Notes under the pieces: model-generated | Told to the model about the DNA's origin: nothing | Databases searched by the model: none | Seen by the model: only the letters and a program-made list of their open reading frames with translations | Program-made: the position numbers and the translations under genes | Source: Alphaproteobacteria bacterium | GTDB taxonomy: Bacteria; Pseudomonadota; Alphaproteobacteria; MPNO01 | DNA: 64,000 bases | Direction of reading: 5' to 3' | Assembly (NCBI GenBank): GCA_964291675.2 | Contig: OZ219865.1 | Span: 928,001-992,000, forward strand | Shown here: positions 29,838-40,480 of the stretch, one piece after another | Layout of the letters: each line of letters begins with the position of its first letter | Numbering within the stretch: the stretch's first letter is position 1

Positions 29838-30183
29838 TTACGGCTCCGTCTCCGGAGGCACCATCCGTTCGAGGTGGGAGATCAACCGGGGGATGTCTTG
29901 CCGTACGGTTTTCCAAACGCGTTCCAGGTTCACGTTGAAGTATCCGTGGACCAAGCGATTCCGCATCCCGACGATTTCGGTCCAGGGAATGTGAGGGTGC
30001 GCGCCGGCGGTCTCTGAGCCAACGCGGGACGCAGCTTCTCCAACGACTTCGACCGCCTTGAGGATCGCGAGCTGAGCCATACGGTTGCGCTGGAATTCCG
30101 CGAAGCTCAGCCCTTCGGCGAAGGCTTCCGCTTCCCGCGGTCGCCAAGAGCATGTCGAGGAGCCGCGCCCTATCGTCCCGCAT
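29838..30183 (-). pseudogene. HepT/DUF86 HEPN toxin, frameshifted near 30140
   Basis: MRDDRARLLDMLLA in one frame; GEAA...IPW..IVGMRNRLVHGYF (Rx4H) in another. Confidence 0.82.
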
Positions 30184-30484
30184 AGATCGTCTCGGCGGAT
30201 TGCAGGATCGCCCTGCGCCGGATGTAGTTGCGGCTCTGCTCCACCCCGGCGCGTTCGACCAGATCCACCTTGCGGTCGAAAACCTCCCCGAGCTCGCCTT
30301 CCATCCGGATCATGTCGAACAGGGTGTGACGCGTCCCGGGGTCGAAGCTGACCAGCACGTCGATATCGCTCCCGGGGCCGAAATCGGCCCGCAGCACCGA
30401 GCCGAACAGCGCCAGCTCGGCGACCTGCCAGCGCTCGCAGAAGGCGACGATGCGATCGACGGGAACATGGATGCGCGCGGTCAT
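30170..30484 (-). CDS. MNT nucleotidyltransferase antitoxin
   Basis: LFGSVLRADFGPGSDIDVLV (GSx10DxD), RKVDLV. Confidence 0.9.
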   Translation of the reverse strand: MTARIHVPVDRIVAFCERWQVAELALFGSVLRADFGPGSDIDVLVSFDPGTRHTLFDMIRMEGELGEVFDRKVDLVERAGVEQSRNYIRRRAILQSAETIYAGR

Positions 30485-30490
30485 GCCCGC

Positions 30491-31876
30491 TCACAGCGAC
30501 TGGACGATTTCCTCGGTCATCTTCTTGGCGTCGTCGAACAGCATCATCGTGTTGTCGCGGTAGAACAGCTCGTTGTCGACGCCGGCATAGCCCGAGGCGA
30601 GCGAGCGCTTGACGAACAGCACCGTGCTCGCCTTCTCGACCTCGAGGATGGGCATGCCGAAGATCGGGCTCTCGGAATCGGTCTTGGCGGCCGGGTTGGT
30701 CACGTCGTTGGCGCCGATGACGTAGGCCACGTCGGCGGCGGCGAATTCGTTGTTGATGTCCTCCAGCTCGAACACCTCGTCATAGGGCACGCTGGCCTCG
30801 GCCAGCAGCACGTTCATGTGCCCCGGCATGCGCCCGGCGACCGGGTGGATGGCGTAGGCGATGTCGATCCCCTGCCCCTTCAGCGTGTCGCACATCTCGC
30901 GCAGCGCGTGCTGCGCCTGGGCGACCGCCATGCCGTAGCCCGGCACCACGATCACCCTAGAGGCGTTCTTCAGCACGAAGGCCGCGTCCTCGGCGCTGCC
31001 CGCCTTGACGTGGCGGTCGCCGTCGGCCGCGGCCGCCTGGCCGCCCTCGACCCCGAACCCGCCGAGGATGACGCTGAAGAACGACCGGTTCATGCCGCGG
31101 CACATGATGTAGCTGAGAATCGCGCCGGACGAGCCGACCAGCGCGCCGGTGATGATCAGCAGCGTGTTCGACAGCGTGAACCCGATGCCGCAGGCGGCCC
31201 AGCCGGAATAGGAGTTGAGCATCGAGATCACCACCGGCATGTCGGCGCCGCCGATCGGCACGATGATCAGGAAGCCGAGCGCCAGCGACAGGATCACGAT
31301 CAGCCAGTAGGCGGCCGGCGCCTCGGCGAGGCAGAGCCAGGCCACCAGCGCCACCAGCACCAGAGCGAGCCCGGCGTTGAGCGGGTGCTGGCCCCTGAAC
31401 ACCAGCGGCGCGCCGCTCACCAGGCCCTGCAGCTTGGCGAAGGCGACCACCGAGCCGGTGAAGGTCACCGCGCCGACCGCGGTGCCGATCGCCATCTCGA
31501 TCAGGCTCGCGGTCTTGATGTCGCCGACCACGCCGATGCCGTAGGCCTCGGGCGCGTAGAAGGCGGCTGTCGCCACCGCCACCGCGGCGAGCCCGACCAG
31601 GCTGTGGAAGGCGGCGACCAGCTGGGGCAGCGCCGTCATCTGGATGCGCAGCGCGATCAGCGTCCCGATCGCGCCGCCGATCACCACCCCGGCGGCGATC
31701 AGCTCGAACGACACCACGCCGGGATCGGCCAGCGTCGTCGCGATGGCGATCACCATGCCGGCAATGCCGATCGCGTTGCCGCGCCTGGCGGTCTCCGGCG
31801 AGGACAGCCCGCGCAGCGCCATGATGAAGCAGATCGCCGCGACCAGATAGGCGATTCCGGTGAAATCGGCGTGCAC
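30491..31876 (-). CDS. pntB: NAD(P) transhydrogenase beta subunit
   Basis: FHSLVGLAA, GGADMPVVISMLNSYSGW, HPVAGRMPGHMN, GANDVTNP. Confidence 0.96.
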   Translation of the reverse strand: MHADFTGIAYLVAAICFIMALRGLSSPETARRGNAIGIAGMVIAIATTLADPGVVSFELIAAGVVIGGAIGTLIALRIQMTALPQLVAAFHSLVGLAAVAVATAAFYAPEAYGIGVVGDIKTASLIEMAIGTAVGAVTFTGSVVAFAKLQGLVSGAPLVFRGQHPLNAGLALVLVALVAWLCLAEAPAAYWLIVILSLALGFLIIVPIGGADMPVVISMLNSYSGWAACGIGFTLSNTLLIITGALVGSSGAILSYIMCRGMNRSFFSVILGGFGVEGGQAAAADGDRHVKAGSAEDAAFVLKNASRVIVVPGYGMAVAQAQHALREMCDTLKGQGIDIAYAIHPVAGRMPGHMNVLLAEASVPYDEVFELEDINNEFAAADVAYVIGANDVTNPAAKTDSESPIFGMPILEVEKASTVLFVKRSLASGYAGVDNELFYRDNTMMLFDDAKKMTEEIVQSL

Positions 31877-31887
31877 GGCGCCCGCCC

Positions 31888-32214
31888 TCAGCGCCGCTTG
31901 CGGTACATGCGCAGCATGCGCTGCGAGACGATGAAGCCGCCGAAGATGTTGACCGAGGCGAGGGTCACGGCGACGAACCCCATCGTCTTGGAGAAGTCGA
32001 GCCCGGCCGGGCCGGCGGCGATCAGCGCGCCGACGATGATCACCGAGGAGATCGCGTTGGTGACGCTCATCAGCGGCGAGTGCAGCGCCGGGGTCACGTT
32101 CCACACCACGTAGTAGCCGACGAATATGGCGAGAACGAACACGGTGAACAGGAAGATGAACGGATCCGTCGAGGCGGCTTCCGCCGCCGGTTGCGCCGCG
32201 TCTTCGGGTTTCAC
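31888..32214 (-). CDS. pntAb: NAD(P) transhydrogenase alpha subunit part 2
   Basis: [24 protein letters not shown]. Confidence 0.94.
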   Translation of the reverse strand: MKPEDAAQPAAEAASTDPFIFLFTVFVLAIFVGYYVVWNVTPALHSPLMSVTNAISSVIIVGALIAAGPAGLDFSKTMGFVAVTLASVNIFGGFIVSQRMLRMYRKRR

Positions 32215-33383
32215 GCTACATCCTTGTCGGCGGGCCGGGCGGTCAGCGAGGGGTGGACGACCGCGCCGCCGCGGGCGATCAGGCAGGCCGTGACGATCTC
32301 GTCGTCCCAGTCGATCGCCAGCGTCCGGTTCTCGCGATCGACGAAAGGGGTGAGGAAGTTGAGCAGGTTGCGGGCATACATCGAGGACGCGTTCTCGGCC
32401 AGCCGGCTCGGCATGTTGACATGGCCGATGATGGTGACGCCGTGGCGCAGCGCGACCCCGCCGGGCTCGCTGAGCGCGCAATTGCCGCCCTGCTCGACCG
32501 CGAGGTCGACGATCACCGAGCCCGGACGCATCGCGCGCACCATGTCGGCGGCGATCAGCACCGGCGCCGGCCGGCCGGGGATCAGCGCGGTGCAGACGAC
32601 GATGTCGTTGCGCTCCAGCGCCACGCCCAGAACCGCCGACTCGCGCTCCTTGTAGGTGGCGCCCATCTCCCTGGCGTAGCCGCCGGCGGTCTCGGCGTCG
32701 GCGGCGGCGTCCCGGTCGACGGCGAGGAACTTGGCGCCGAGGCTCTCGACCTGCTCCTTGACCGCCGGGCGCACGTCATAGCCGGTGACGATGGCGCCGA
32801 GCCGCCTCGCCGTGGCGATCGCCTGGAGCCCGGCGACGCCGGCGCCGAGCACCAGCACCCGCGCCGGCGGGATGGTGCCGGCCGCGGTCATCATCATCGG
32901 CAGGGCGCGCCCGAAGGCGGCAACGCCGTCGATCACCGCCCGGTAGCCGGCGATGTTGGACTGCGAGGACAGGATGTCCATCGACTGCGCCCGGGTGATG
33001 CGCGGCAGCAATTCGAGGGAGAAGGCGGTGAGCCCCGCCTCGGCATAGGCCGCGGCGTGGTCGGCGTGCTGCAGCGCGCCGAGCGCGCCGATCACCACCG
33101 CGCCCGGCTTCATCAGCGCGAGCTCGTCGCCGCCCTCCTCGCCGCCGATCAGCGGGCGCTGGACTTTTAGCACCACGTCGCCGTCCGACAGCGCCGCCGC
33201 CTCGTCGGCGGCGATCGCCGCGCCGGCCTCCTCATAGGCCGCGTCGGGGAAGCCGGACTCGATCCCGGCGCCGGTCTCGACGACGACCTCGAAGCCGAGT
33301 CCGACCAGCTTTTTCGCCGTGTCGGGGGATGCGGCGACCCGCCGCTCATCGCGCCGCCGTTCCTTGGGTACCGAAAGTTTCAT
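32211..33383 (-). CDS. pntAa: NAD(P) transhydrogenase alpha subunit part 1
   Basis: PKE...[35 protein letters not shown]. Confidence 0.96.
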   Translation of the reverse strand: MKLSVPKERRRDERRVAASPDTAKKLVGLGFEVVVETGAGIESGFPDAAYEEAGAAIAADEAAALSDGDVVLKVQRPLIGGEEGGDELALMKPGAVVIGALGALQHADHAAAYAEAGLTAFSLELLPRITRAQSMDILSSQSNIAGYRAVIDGVAAFGRALPMMMTAAGTIPPARVLVLGAGVAGLQAIATARRLGAIVTGYDVRPAVKEQVESLGAKFLAVDRDAAADAETAGGYAREMGATYKERESAVLGVALERNDIVVCTALIPGRPAPVLIAADMVRAMRPGSVIVDLAVEQGGNCALSEPGGVALRHGVTIIGHVNMPSRLAENASSMYARNLLNFLTPFVDRENRTLAIDWDDEIVTACLIARGGAVVHPSLTARPADKDVA

Positions 33384-33483
33384 GACCACGTTGTGCCCGG
33401 GTGCGGAAATTGCGCGCTTGGAAGCCCCTTCGCTTGGTACGAACCAAAGGGTGGCGATGTCAACCGGTTTGATTCGACTGGGC

Positions 33484-34305
33484 TTATTCTCGCTGGCCGA
33501 AGGCCGCCGCGAGCGCGGAGTCGAAGGCCTCGGGGCGTTCGAGCGCGGCATAATGCCCCGCCCCGCCGATCGCCGTGAAGCCCGCCCCGGGCAGGCTTTC
33601 GGCGAGCCCCCGGCACCGTTCGGGCGGCGCCAGCCTGTCCTCGGCGCCGGCGATCACGTGCACCGGCGCCGCGATCCCGGCCGCCATGGCGGCGAGGTCG
33701 GCCCCTGCCATCATGGCGACGGCGGGAAGGTAGCCCTCTTGCCGGGCCGCGGCCATGGCGTCGGTGACCTCCGCGAGCAGCGCCGCGGGCGCGCCCGGCG
33801 CCAGCAGTCGCGGCGCCCTATCCTCGGCGAAGCCGCGCGGGCCGAGCCGCAGGAACGCGCCGGTCCGTTCGGCGACCGCCGCTTCGCGCTCGTTCGGCGC
33901 CAGCGCGCCGAAGCCGAATAGCGGGTGGGCGAGAACCACCCCGCTCGTCCGATCGGGGCGCGAGCGGGCGAAGGCGGCGGCGACCAGCGCGGCGACCGAC
34001 TGGCCCACCAGGAAGGCCCGGTCGACGCCCAGCCGGTCGAGCAGCGCCGCCAGCGCGTCCGCGTAGTCCGCCGGTCCCGGGGTCCCGGGCAGCGGGTCGG
34101 AGCCGCCATAGCCCGGCATGTCCCAGCCGACGACCCGGAACCGGCCGGCGAGCGACGCGTATTGCCGCCGCCACATCGCCGCGCCGCCGCCGAGCCCGTG
34201 CAGCAGCGCCAGCGCCGGCAGCGACCCGTCCCCCGCCTCCCGGTAGGCGATGCGGCCGCCGCCGGCCGCGGCGGTGCCGGTGATCGTCGAGTCTGCGGTC
34301 TTCAT
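33484..34305 (-). CDS. Alpha/beta hydrolase
   Basis: LLHGLGG, WDMPGYGGS, GQSVA nucleophile elbow, AGH. Confidence 0.87.
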   Translation of the reverse strand: MKTADSTITGTAAAGGGRIAYREAGDGSLPALALLHGLGGGAAMWRRQYASLAGRFRVVGWDMPGYGGSDPLPGTPGPADYADALAALLDRLGVDRAFLVGQSVAALVAAAFARSRPDRTSGVVLAHPLFGFGALAPNEREAAVAERTGAFLRLGPRGFAEDRAPRLLAPGAPAALLAEVTDAMAAARQEGYLPAVAMMAGADLAAMAAGIAAPVHVIAGAEDRLAPPERCRGLAESLPGAGFTAIGGAGHYAALERPEAFDSALAAAFGQRE

Positions 34306-34526
34306 GACGACTCGAACGTCGAACGGGGCAGGCCGGACTGACGGATGATCGACATCAGCGTCCCCGCACGTAGCTCGCGATGGTCGGGAACGGGCACGGT
34401 CACCGTGCCGTCCGCGTCGGTCTTCTGCATCGCCACATGGCTGCCGCGCCGTCTCGCCTCCACGAAACCATGGGAGGCGAGTATCCGGCAGACTTCCCGG
34501 CCCGAAAGGACCCGCAGCCTAGCCAA
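34302..34526 (-). CDS. hicA: HicA mRNA interferase toxin
   Basis: LSGREVCRIL..HGF...RRRGSH...VPDHRELRAGTL.SI..Q. Confidence 0.9.
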   Translation of the reverse strand: MARLRVLSGREVCRILASHGFVEARRRGSHVAMQKTDADGTVTVPVPDHRELRAGTLMSIIRQSGLPRSTFESS

Positions 34527-34740
34527 CCGCGATGTCGACGTGGGTTACGTAGACCTCCCCGCGCAGGCGCCTGTCCACCTCCCCGGCGCTGGCGGTTTCG
34601 AAGAACAGGGTCAGCGCCTCGGCCAGGTTGTCGCGCGCTTCGGCCACGCTGCCCCCCTGGCTCGCGACATCCACCTCCGGGCACAGGGCGACATACCCGT
34701 CGCCTTCGCGTTCTACGATCGCGGTCAACCGCCGGTTCAT
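34519..34740 (-). CDS. hicB: HicB antitoxin (short form, no DNA-binding domain)
   Basis: IVEREGDGYVALCPEVDVASQGGSVAEARDNLAEAL. Confidence 0.9.
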   Translation of the reverse strand: MNRRLTAIVEREGDGYVALCPEVDVASQGGSVAEARDNLAEALTLFFETASAGEVDRRLRGEVYVTHVDIAVG

Positions 34741-34793
34741 GCCCTGCCCTCCTGTGGCAGCCGCGACCCGCCTGCGCCGCAGGCCGCGCGGGC

Positions 34794-35573
34794 TTACCAC
34801 GCGTTCCAGCCGCCGTCCACCACCAGCGCGGTGCCGGTGATCAGCGCGGCGGCGGGCGAGGCGAGGAACACCACCGCCCCCATCACGTCCTCCAGATTGC
34901 CGAGCCGGCCGAGCGGAATGCGCGACAGCGTGTCGTCCAGAAATTCCCGGTTCTCGAAGAACGGCGCGGTCATCGGCGTGACGATGAAGGTGGGGCCGAT
35001 CGAGTTGACCCGGATGCGGTGCCGCGCGAGGTCGAGCGCCATCGACCGGGTCAGCCCCTCGACGGCGTGCTTGGAGGCGGCATAGACGGTCCGGTTGGGG
35101 GCGCCGACATGGCCGAGCTGGGACGAGATGTTGACGATCGCCCCGCCAGCGCCGGCCCGAGCCATCCGGCGGGCGGCGGCCTGGCCCACCATGAAGGTCG
35201 CCTTGAGGTTGAGGTTCATGATGGTGTCGTAGTGGTCCTCGGTCACCTCGAGGAACGGCTCGGGGATGTTGCAGCCGGCGTTGTTGACCAGGATGTCGAG
35301 GCGCTCCAGCCCGGCGATCGCGGCGCCGGCGGCGGCGGTGTCGGTCACGTCGCAGACCACCGGCTCGGCGCTGCCCCCGTCGCCCCGGATCAGCGCCGCC
35401 ACCGCGTCGAGATCGGCGCGGGTGCGGCTGATCAGGGCGACATGGGCGCCGGCCTGGGCGAGCGCGATGGCCGCCGCCCGGCCGATGCCGCGCCCGGCGC
35501 CGGTGACCGCGGCGGCCAGGCCGTCGAGCCGCATCGACGGCGTCCTGAGCCTGTCGGACGGGATTTGCGCCAT
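34794..35573 (-). CDS. Short-chain dehydrogenase/reductase
   Basis: TGAGRGIG, NNAG, YAASK. Confidence 0.93.
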   Translation of the reverse strand: MAQIPSDRLRTPSMRLDGLAAAVTGAGRGIGRAAAIALAQAGAHVALISRTRADLDAVAALIRGDGGSAEPVVCDVTDTAAAGAAIAGLERLDILVNNAGCNIPEPFLEVTEDHYDTIMNLNLKATFMVGQAAARRMARAGAGGAIVNISSQLGHVGAPNRTVYAASKHAVEGLTRSMALDLARHRIRVNSIGPTFIVTPMTAPFFENREFLDDTLSRIPLGRLGNLEDVMGAVVFLASPAAALITGTALVVDGGWNAW

Positions 35574-35645
35574 CTGCCTTCCCCCAGTGTTGACTCGTCC
35601 ATTGCCATCAAACCTAATCGTTCCGCCATCACCAAGGGGGGTCCG

Positions 35646-36614
35646 ATGCCGCGACGATACACCGAGGGCAAGCTCGACATGGCGATCCTGCGCGAGACCG
35701 CGGAGCGCTGCAAGAACTGGGGCAAGTGGGGGCCGGACGACGAGATCGGCACGCTCAACTACATCGCGCCGGAGACGGTGGTCGCCGCGGCCGGGCTGAT
35801 CCGCACCGGAAAGAGCTTCTCGCTCGCCCTCAATTTCGACCGCAACGGGCCGCAGAAGGGGCTGTGGGGCAACCGTTTCAACCCGATCCACACCATGCTG
35901 GCCACCGGCACCGACGCGGTCTCGGGCACGCAGGACGAGGGCGGCATCCGCTACGCCGACGACATGGTATCGCTGCCGCTGCAATGCGGCACGCAGTGGG
36001 ACGCGCTGGGCCACATCTTCTACGACGACAAGATGTGGAACGGCTACGACGCCAGGCTGGTCGATTCCGACGGCGCCCAGAAGAACGGCATCGAGAAGGT
36101 GAAGGACAAGATGGCCGGGCGCGGCGTGCTGCTCGACGTGGCCCGCCATTGCGGGGTCGACTTCTTCGAGGACGGCACGGCGATCACCAATGACGACCTC
36201 GACGCGACGGCGGAGGCGCAGGGGGTGGAGATCCGGCGCGGCGATTTCGTGATCGTGCGCACCGGACAGATGGAGCAGCGCCTGGCGATCGGCGAATGGG
36301 GCGGCTATGCCGGCGGCGACGCGCCCGGCCTCGCCTTCGAGACCGCGGAGTGGATCCACGGCAAGGAAATCGCCGCGATCTGCACCGATACCTGGGGCTG
36401 CGAGGTCCGCCCGAACGAGACCACGGAGGCGCAGCAGCCCTGGCACTGGGTGGTGATCCCGATGATCGGCATCACCATGGGCGAGATCTTCTACCTCAAG
36501 GACCTCGCCGAGGACTGCGCCGGGGACGGGGTCTACGAGTTCTTCTTCTGCGCCCCGCCGCTGCCGATCACCAAGGCGGTGGGCTCGCCGCTCAACCCGA
36601 TGGCGATCAAGTAG
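35646..36614 (+). CDS. Cyclase-family (kynurenine formamidase-like) metal hydrolase
   Basis: [38 protein letters not shown]. Confidence 0.9.
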   Translation: MPRRYTEGKLDMAILRETAERCKNWGKWGPDDEIGTLNYIAPETVVAAAGLIRTGKSFSLALNFDRNGPQKGLWGNRFNPIHTMLATGTDAVSGTQDEGGIRYADDMVSLPLQCGTQWDALGHIFYDDKMWNGYDARLVDSDGAQKNGIEKVKDKMAGRGVLLDVARHCGVDFFEDGTAITNDDLDATAEAQGVEIRRGDFVIVRTGQMEQRLAIGEWGGYAGGDAPGLAFETAEWIHGKEIAAICTDTWGCEVRPNETTEAQQPWHWVVIPMIGITMGEIFYLKDLAEDCAGDGVYEFFFCAPPLPITKAVGSPLNPMAIK

Positions 36615-36616
36615 CC

Positions 36617-37918
36617 ATGTCCAGGGTGCTGAAGGAGGCGAAGAGCGCCGAGGACCGGCGCGCCGAGGACAGCGCGGTCCGCAGGACGGTCGAGGACATC
36701 CTCGCCGACATCGAGGCGCGCGGCGACGCGGCGGTGCGCGCGCTGTCCGAGAAGTTCGACGCCTGGTCGCCCGAGAGCTTCCGCCTGACCCGGGGCGAGA
36801 TCGACGCGCTGATCGCCGCGGTGCCGGACGAGGTGATCGCCGACATCGAGTTCGCCCAGACCCAGATCCGCAATTTTGCGCAAATCCAGCGCGACTCGAT
36901 GGCGGACGTGGAGGTCGAGACCATGCCGGGCGTCGTCCTCGGCCATCGCAACGTGCCCGTCGGCAGCGTCGGCTGCTACGTGCCGGGCGGGCGCTACCCG
37001 ATGGTGGCGTCGGCGCATATGAGCGTGATCACCGCCAAGGTCGCGGGGGTGGAACGGATCGCCGCCTGCACCCCGCCGACCGGCGGCGCCCCGCATGCCG
37101 AGACCGTGGCCGCCATGGCGCTGGCGGGCGCGGACGAGATCTACATCCTGGGCGGCGTGCAGGCGGTCGGCGCCATGGGTCTCGGGACCGGGAGCATCGC
37201 CCCGGTCGACATGCTGGTCGGTCCCGGCAACGCCTATGTCGCCGAAGCCAAGCGCCAGCTCTATGGCAGGGTGGGGATCGACCTGTTCGCCGGGCCGACC
37301 GAGATCCTGGTGGTCGCCGACGAGACGGCGGACGCCGAGATGGTGGCCACCGACCTGCTCGGCCAGGCCGAGCACGGACCGACCTCGCCGGCCACCCTGA
37401 TCACCACCTCCGAAGCGCTCGCCGCTGCGGTCCCGGCCCAGATCGAGCGCCAGCTCGCGGTGCTGCCGACCGCCGAGGTGGCGGGCGCGGCGTGGCGCGA
37501 CTACGGCCGCATCGTCGTCGTCGACTCCGACGAGGAGGCCGCCCGGGAGGCCGACAGGGTGGCCTGCGAGCATGTCGAGATCCTGACCCGCGAGCCGCGC
37601 TGGTTCCTGGAGCGGATGCGCAATTACGGCTCGATGTTCCTCGGCCCGGAAACCAACGTCTCATACGGGGACAAGGTGATCGGCACCAACCACACCCTGC
37701 CGACCAAGGGTGCGGCACGCTATACTGGCGGGCTCTGGGTCGGCAAGTTCCTCAAGACCGTGACCTATCAGAGCTGTACCGAGGAGGCGAGCGTCGCGGT
37801 CGGCGAGTACTGCTCGCGCCTGTGCGCGATCGAGAAGTTCTGGGGCCACAAGGAGCAGGCGGATCTCAGGCTGCGCCGCTATGGCGGGCGCAATATCGGG
37901 CTGGGCGCCGAGCGCTGA
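36617..37918 (+). CDS. Histidinol dehydrogenase homolog (HpsN-related, probably not biosynthetic HisD)
   Basis: [26 protein letters not shown]; [14 protein letters not shown] instead of the HisD GDY..GxNH. Confidence 0.88.
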   Translation: MSRVLKEAKSAEDRRAEDSAVRRTVEDILADIEARGDAAVRALSEKFDAWSPESFRLTRGEIDALIAAVPDEVIADIEFAQTQIRNFAQIQRDSMADVEVETMPGVVLGHRNVPVGSVGCYVPGGRYPMVASAHMSVITAKVAGVERIAACTPPTGGAPHAETVAAMALAGADEIYILGGVQAVGAMGLGTGSIAPVDMLVGPGNAYVAEAKRQLYGRVGIDLFAGPTEILVVADETADAEMVATDLLGQAEHGPTSPATLITTSEALAAAVPAQIERQLAVLPTAEVAGAAWRDYGRIVVVDSDEEAAREADRVACEHVEILTREPRWFLERMRNYGSMFLGPETNVSYGDKVIGTNHTLPTKGAARYTGGLWVGKFLKTVTYQSCTEEASVAVGEYCSRLCAIEKFWGHKEQADLRLRRYGGRNIGLGAER

Positions 37919-37931
37919 CCGGCTCGGCCCC

Positions 37932-38399
37932 CTACCAGGTGACCGTTCCGACGCGCCAGACCGTGTTCTCGACGCAGACCGTGATGCGGCGCCCGCGACG
38001 CGGCACCAGCAACAGGAGCCAGACCGGCAGGCCGATCGCCACGGCCACCCCCGCCTGCCCGGCCGGTCCGGCCGCCGCGGCCAGCAGGCATCCGACGATC
38101 CCGAGAAGCGCCAGCACCGGGAATGCCGTCCGCAGCGCAGGCGGGCGCGACGGCCCCAGCGCCACCCAGGCCAGCGCCAGCGGCAGGCCGCCGGCCGCGA
38201 GATACGCCCAGCCTTCGGGCTGAACGGGGAGCGCCGCCCCGCCCAGCGCGGTCCCGAAAACCGCTACTCCCGCCGGCAGCCACAACAGCCCCGCCAGCAC
38301 CGCGGCGAGCTGCCCGGTTGCCGATCGCCGCCGTTCGCCCGCGGCCGCCTGCCCCGGGCTACCGGCCGAGAACATGTGAACCGGCAAATTTGTCAACAT
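37932..38399 (-). CDS. Hypothetical membrane protein (about 4 TM)
   Basis: Hydrophobic ORF downstream of a sigma70-like promoter; start uncertain. Confidence 0.55.
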   Translation of the reverse strand: MLTNLPVHMFSAGSPGQAAAGERRRSATGQLAAVLAGLLWLPAGVAVFGTALGGAALPVQPEGWAYLAAGGLPLALAWVALGPSRPPALRTAFPVLALLGIVGCLLAAAAGPAGQAGVAVAIGLPVWLLLLVPRRGRRITVCVENTVWRVGTVTW

Positions 38400-38519
38400 G
38401 CGCGTTCCGCAACGATGTAACGGTCCGCTGCGGCCTCCTTCTTGCTCTCGGTCGGAGACTATGCGGTACCGGGCGGCTTCTCCAACATCCTTAATTCGCC
38501 GTCCGGGAGCGCATTTGCA

Positions 38520-38548
38520 CTAATATTTTTTTTGTGACCGAAATGCAA
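38520..38548 (-). promoter_or_regulatory. Sigma70-like promoter
   Basis: Minus strand TTGCAT-N17-TATTAG in an AT-rich patch. Confidence 0.5.
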
Positions 38549-38595
38549 CAGCCACCGATGCAAGCCGGCAAATGGCTTTCCGGGAGGACCGCCCG

Positions 38596-39888
38596 TCACG
38601 CCGGCGACCGGAACAGACGGTCGAGCTCGCGGTAGTCCGGCGGCACGGTGCCGATTGCCTCGCCGGCGCGAAGCACCGCCCGTCCGCTCTCGGCACGGGA
38701 CAGGAGCTCGCTGTAGCCGCGCCCGCGGAACAGCACGAGGTCCGCCGTCCCGCCCACCGCGACGAGGCCGGGGCTGTCGAGCCCCATGACCTCGATCGGC
38801 GTCGCGGTAACGCTGCGCGGCCAGTCGTTCATCGGCAGGTCGATATGGGCGATGCGCGCCGCCTGGCCGAAAACCTCGAGCATGTCGTGGTCGCCGTAGC
38901 CGTAGAACGGATCGCGGCAGTTGTCGCTCGCGAAGGACACCGGGATGCCGCGCGCCGCCATCTCGCGCACCAGCGTGACGCCGCGCCGGCGCGGCGTCCG
39001 GCCGGCCTCGCGATCCATCAGGAAGGCGTTGCACATCGGCAGGCTGACCACGGCGATGCCCGCCTCGGCCACGAGGTCGAGGGTGCGGTCGACGGCATCG
39101 GCGGACTGCACCGCGAGGCTGCAGCAATGGCCGCACTGGATGCGCCCGGCGAAGCGGTGGCGCAGCGCCGCCTCGGCCACGTGGCGCAGCGTCTTGTCGC
39201 GCACCTCCAGGCTCTCGTCGACATGCAGGTCGAGATCGAGCGAACGCTCGGACGCGAGGCGGAAGATCCGGTCGAGCACCGCGTCGATGTCCGGGATCAT
39301 GAACACGACCGCGCCCACGATACCGCCCGAGCGGGCAACCAGGTCGACGATGGCGTCGCTCTTGCCGTCGCGGAACTCCTCGACCCTCAGCAGGTTGACT
39401 CCCTGCAGCTCGATCCGGCCCCGCCAGTCGTCGCGCAGCTCGCGGAACACGCCCCAGGTGGTCTCCGCCTGGCCGGGCGGGGATTGCAGATGGGTGCGGA
39501 TCGCCCTGGTGCCGTGCGCGTAGGAGCATCTCAGCCCGAACTCCATGCGGGCGCGCAGGTCGTCGGCCGACCAGTTGGCGTCGCGGTCGCCCGCCACCGC
39601 CCCGGCGGCGGTCCGGAAGGTGCCGTCGGCGTTGGGCGCGCGGGTCCAGATATGGCCGATGTCGAGATGGGTGTGGATATCGGCGAAGCAGGGCCACACC
39701 TGCCCGCCGTCGAGATCGCGGTCGCCGGGCTCGACGCGGCGGGAGGGGTTACCGATGGCGCCGACGCGGCCGGCCTCGATCGCGATGTCGACGAGCGCCA
39801 GCCCCTCGCCGTCGACGGCGAGGCCCGCCGGCGGATCGGCGAGCAGGCACAGCGGAACGCGCGCGTTGCGGAGCGCGAAGGATGTCAT
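38596..39888 (-). CDS. Cytosine deaminase-like amidohydrolase
   Basis: DIHTHLD, LHVDE, GHCCSL, SDNCRDPFY.YGDHDMLE. Confidence 0.9.
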   Translation of the reverse strand: MTSFALRNARVPLCLLADPPAGLAVDGEGLALVDIAIEAGRVGAIGNPSRRVEPGDRDLDGGQVWPCFADIHTHLDIGHIWTRAPNADGTFRTAAGAVAGDRDANWSADDLRARMEFGLRCSYAHGTRAIRTHLQSPPGQAETTWGVFRELRDDWRGRIELQGVNLLRVEEFRDGKSDAIVDLVARSGGIVGAVVFMIPDIDAVLDRIFRLASERSLDLDLHVDESLEVRDKTLRHVAEAALRHRFAGRIQCGHCCSLAVQSADAVDRTLDLVAEAGIAVVSLPMCNAFLMDREAGRTPRRRGVTLVREMAARGIPVSFASDNCRDPFYGYGDHDMLEVFGQAARIAHIDLPMNDWPRSVTATPIEVMGLDSPGLVAVGGTADLVLFRGRGYSELLSRAESGRAVLRAGEAIGTVPPDYRELDRLFRSPA

Positions 39889-39943
39889 GGCAGGCCCCTC
39901 TCCGGGCTTCTCCGCCGACCGCCGGACGCGCCCGTCCTGCCGG

Positions 39944-40336
39944 TCAGGTAAAGTCCTCCTCGATATGCTTCCAATAGGTGTCCTTCACGATCACCTTGCC
40001 GTCCCGGAACCGCCACAGATCGCAGCCGTGCAATTCGAGCCTCTCGCCCTTCGCGGTCGTTCCGGTCAAAGTCCATTCCGACGCGCCGAACCCGCCCGAC
40101 ACCCAGCTTCCCCGGTCCTGCCAGTGCGCATCGGGGATGGACCGGAAGCGTTCGGCCAGCGCCTCGCGCACCGCCGGCGCGCCCTCGAACCTGCGGCCCC
40201 AGGCGTCGGGGCCCCGCGCCATCAGCCAGACGACGTCGGCGGCGCAGTAACCCATGATCGCGTCGACATCGTGCCGGTTGAACGCGTCCACGATGGCGGA
40301 AACCGTCGCGACCGTTACGCCTCCGCCGACGGCCAT
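39944..40336 (-). CDS. NTF2/SnoaL-like protein
   Basis: AFNRHDVDAIM...SEWTLTGT...GCDLW.FRDGK...KDTYWK. Confidence 0.88.
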   Translation of the reverse strand: MAVGGGVTVATVSAIVDAFNRHDVDAIMGYCAADVVWLMARGPDAWGRRFEGAPAVREALAERFRSIPDAHWQDRGSWVSGGFGASEWTLTGTTAKGERLELHGCDLWRFRDGKVIVKDTYWKHIEEDFT

Positions 40337-40480
40337 GTCCGCCTCCCCGCTGCCTCTCGATCCCGCTTATAGCGCGGGCGCCGCCGCCCTGTCGATTTGA
40401 CGGCGCCCCGTCCGCAACGCGCGCCTTCCGGGGATCGAGGGTAAAATCCCCGGAACCGAAGACAAGTTGCGACGGCTCCG

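Noticed and set aside
36617-37918. Calling this gene hisD or hpsN
   Set aside because: Motifs and context fit neither confidently; left as a homolog
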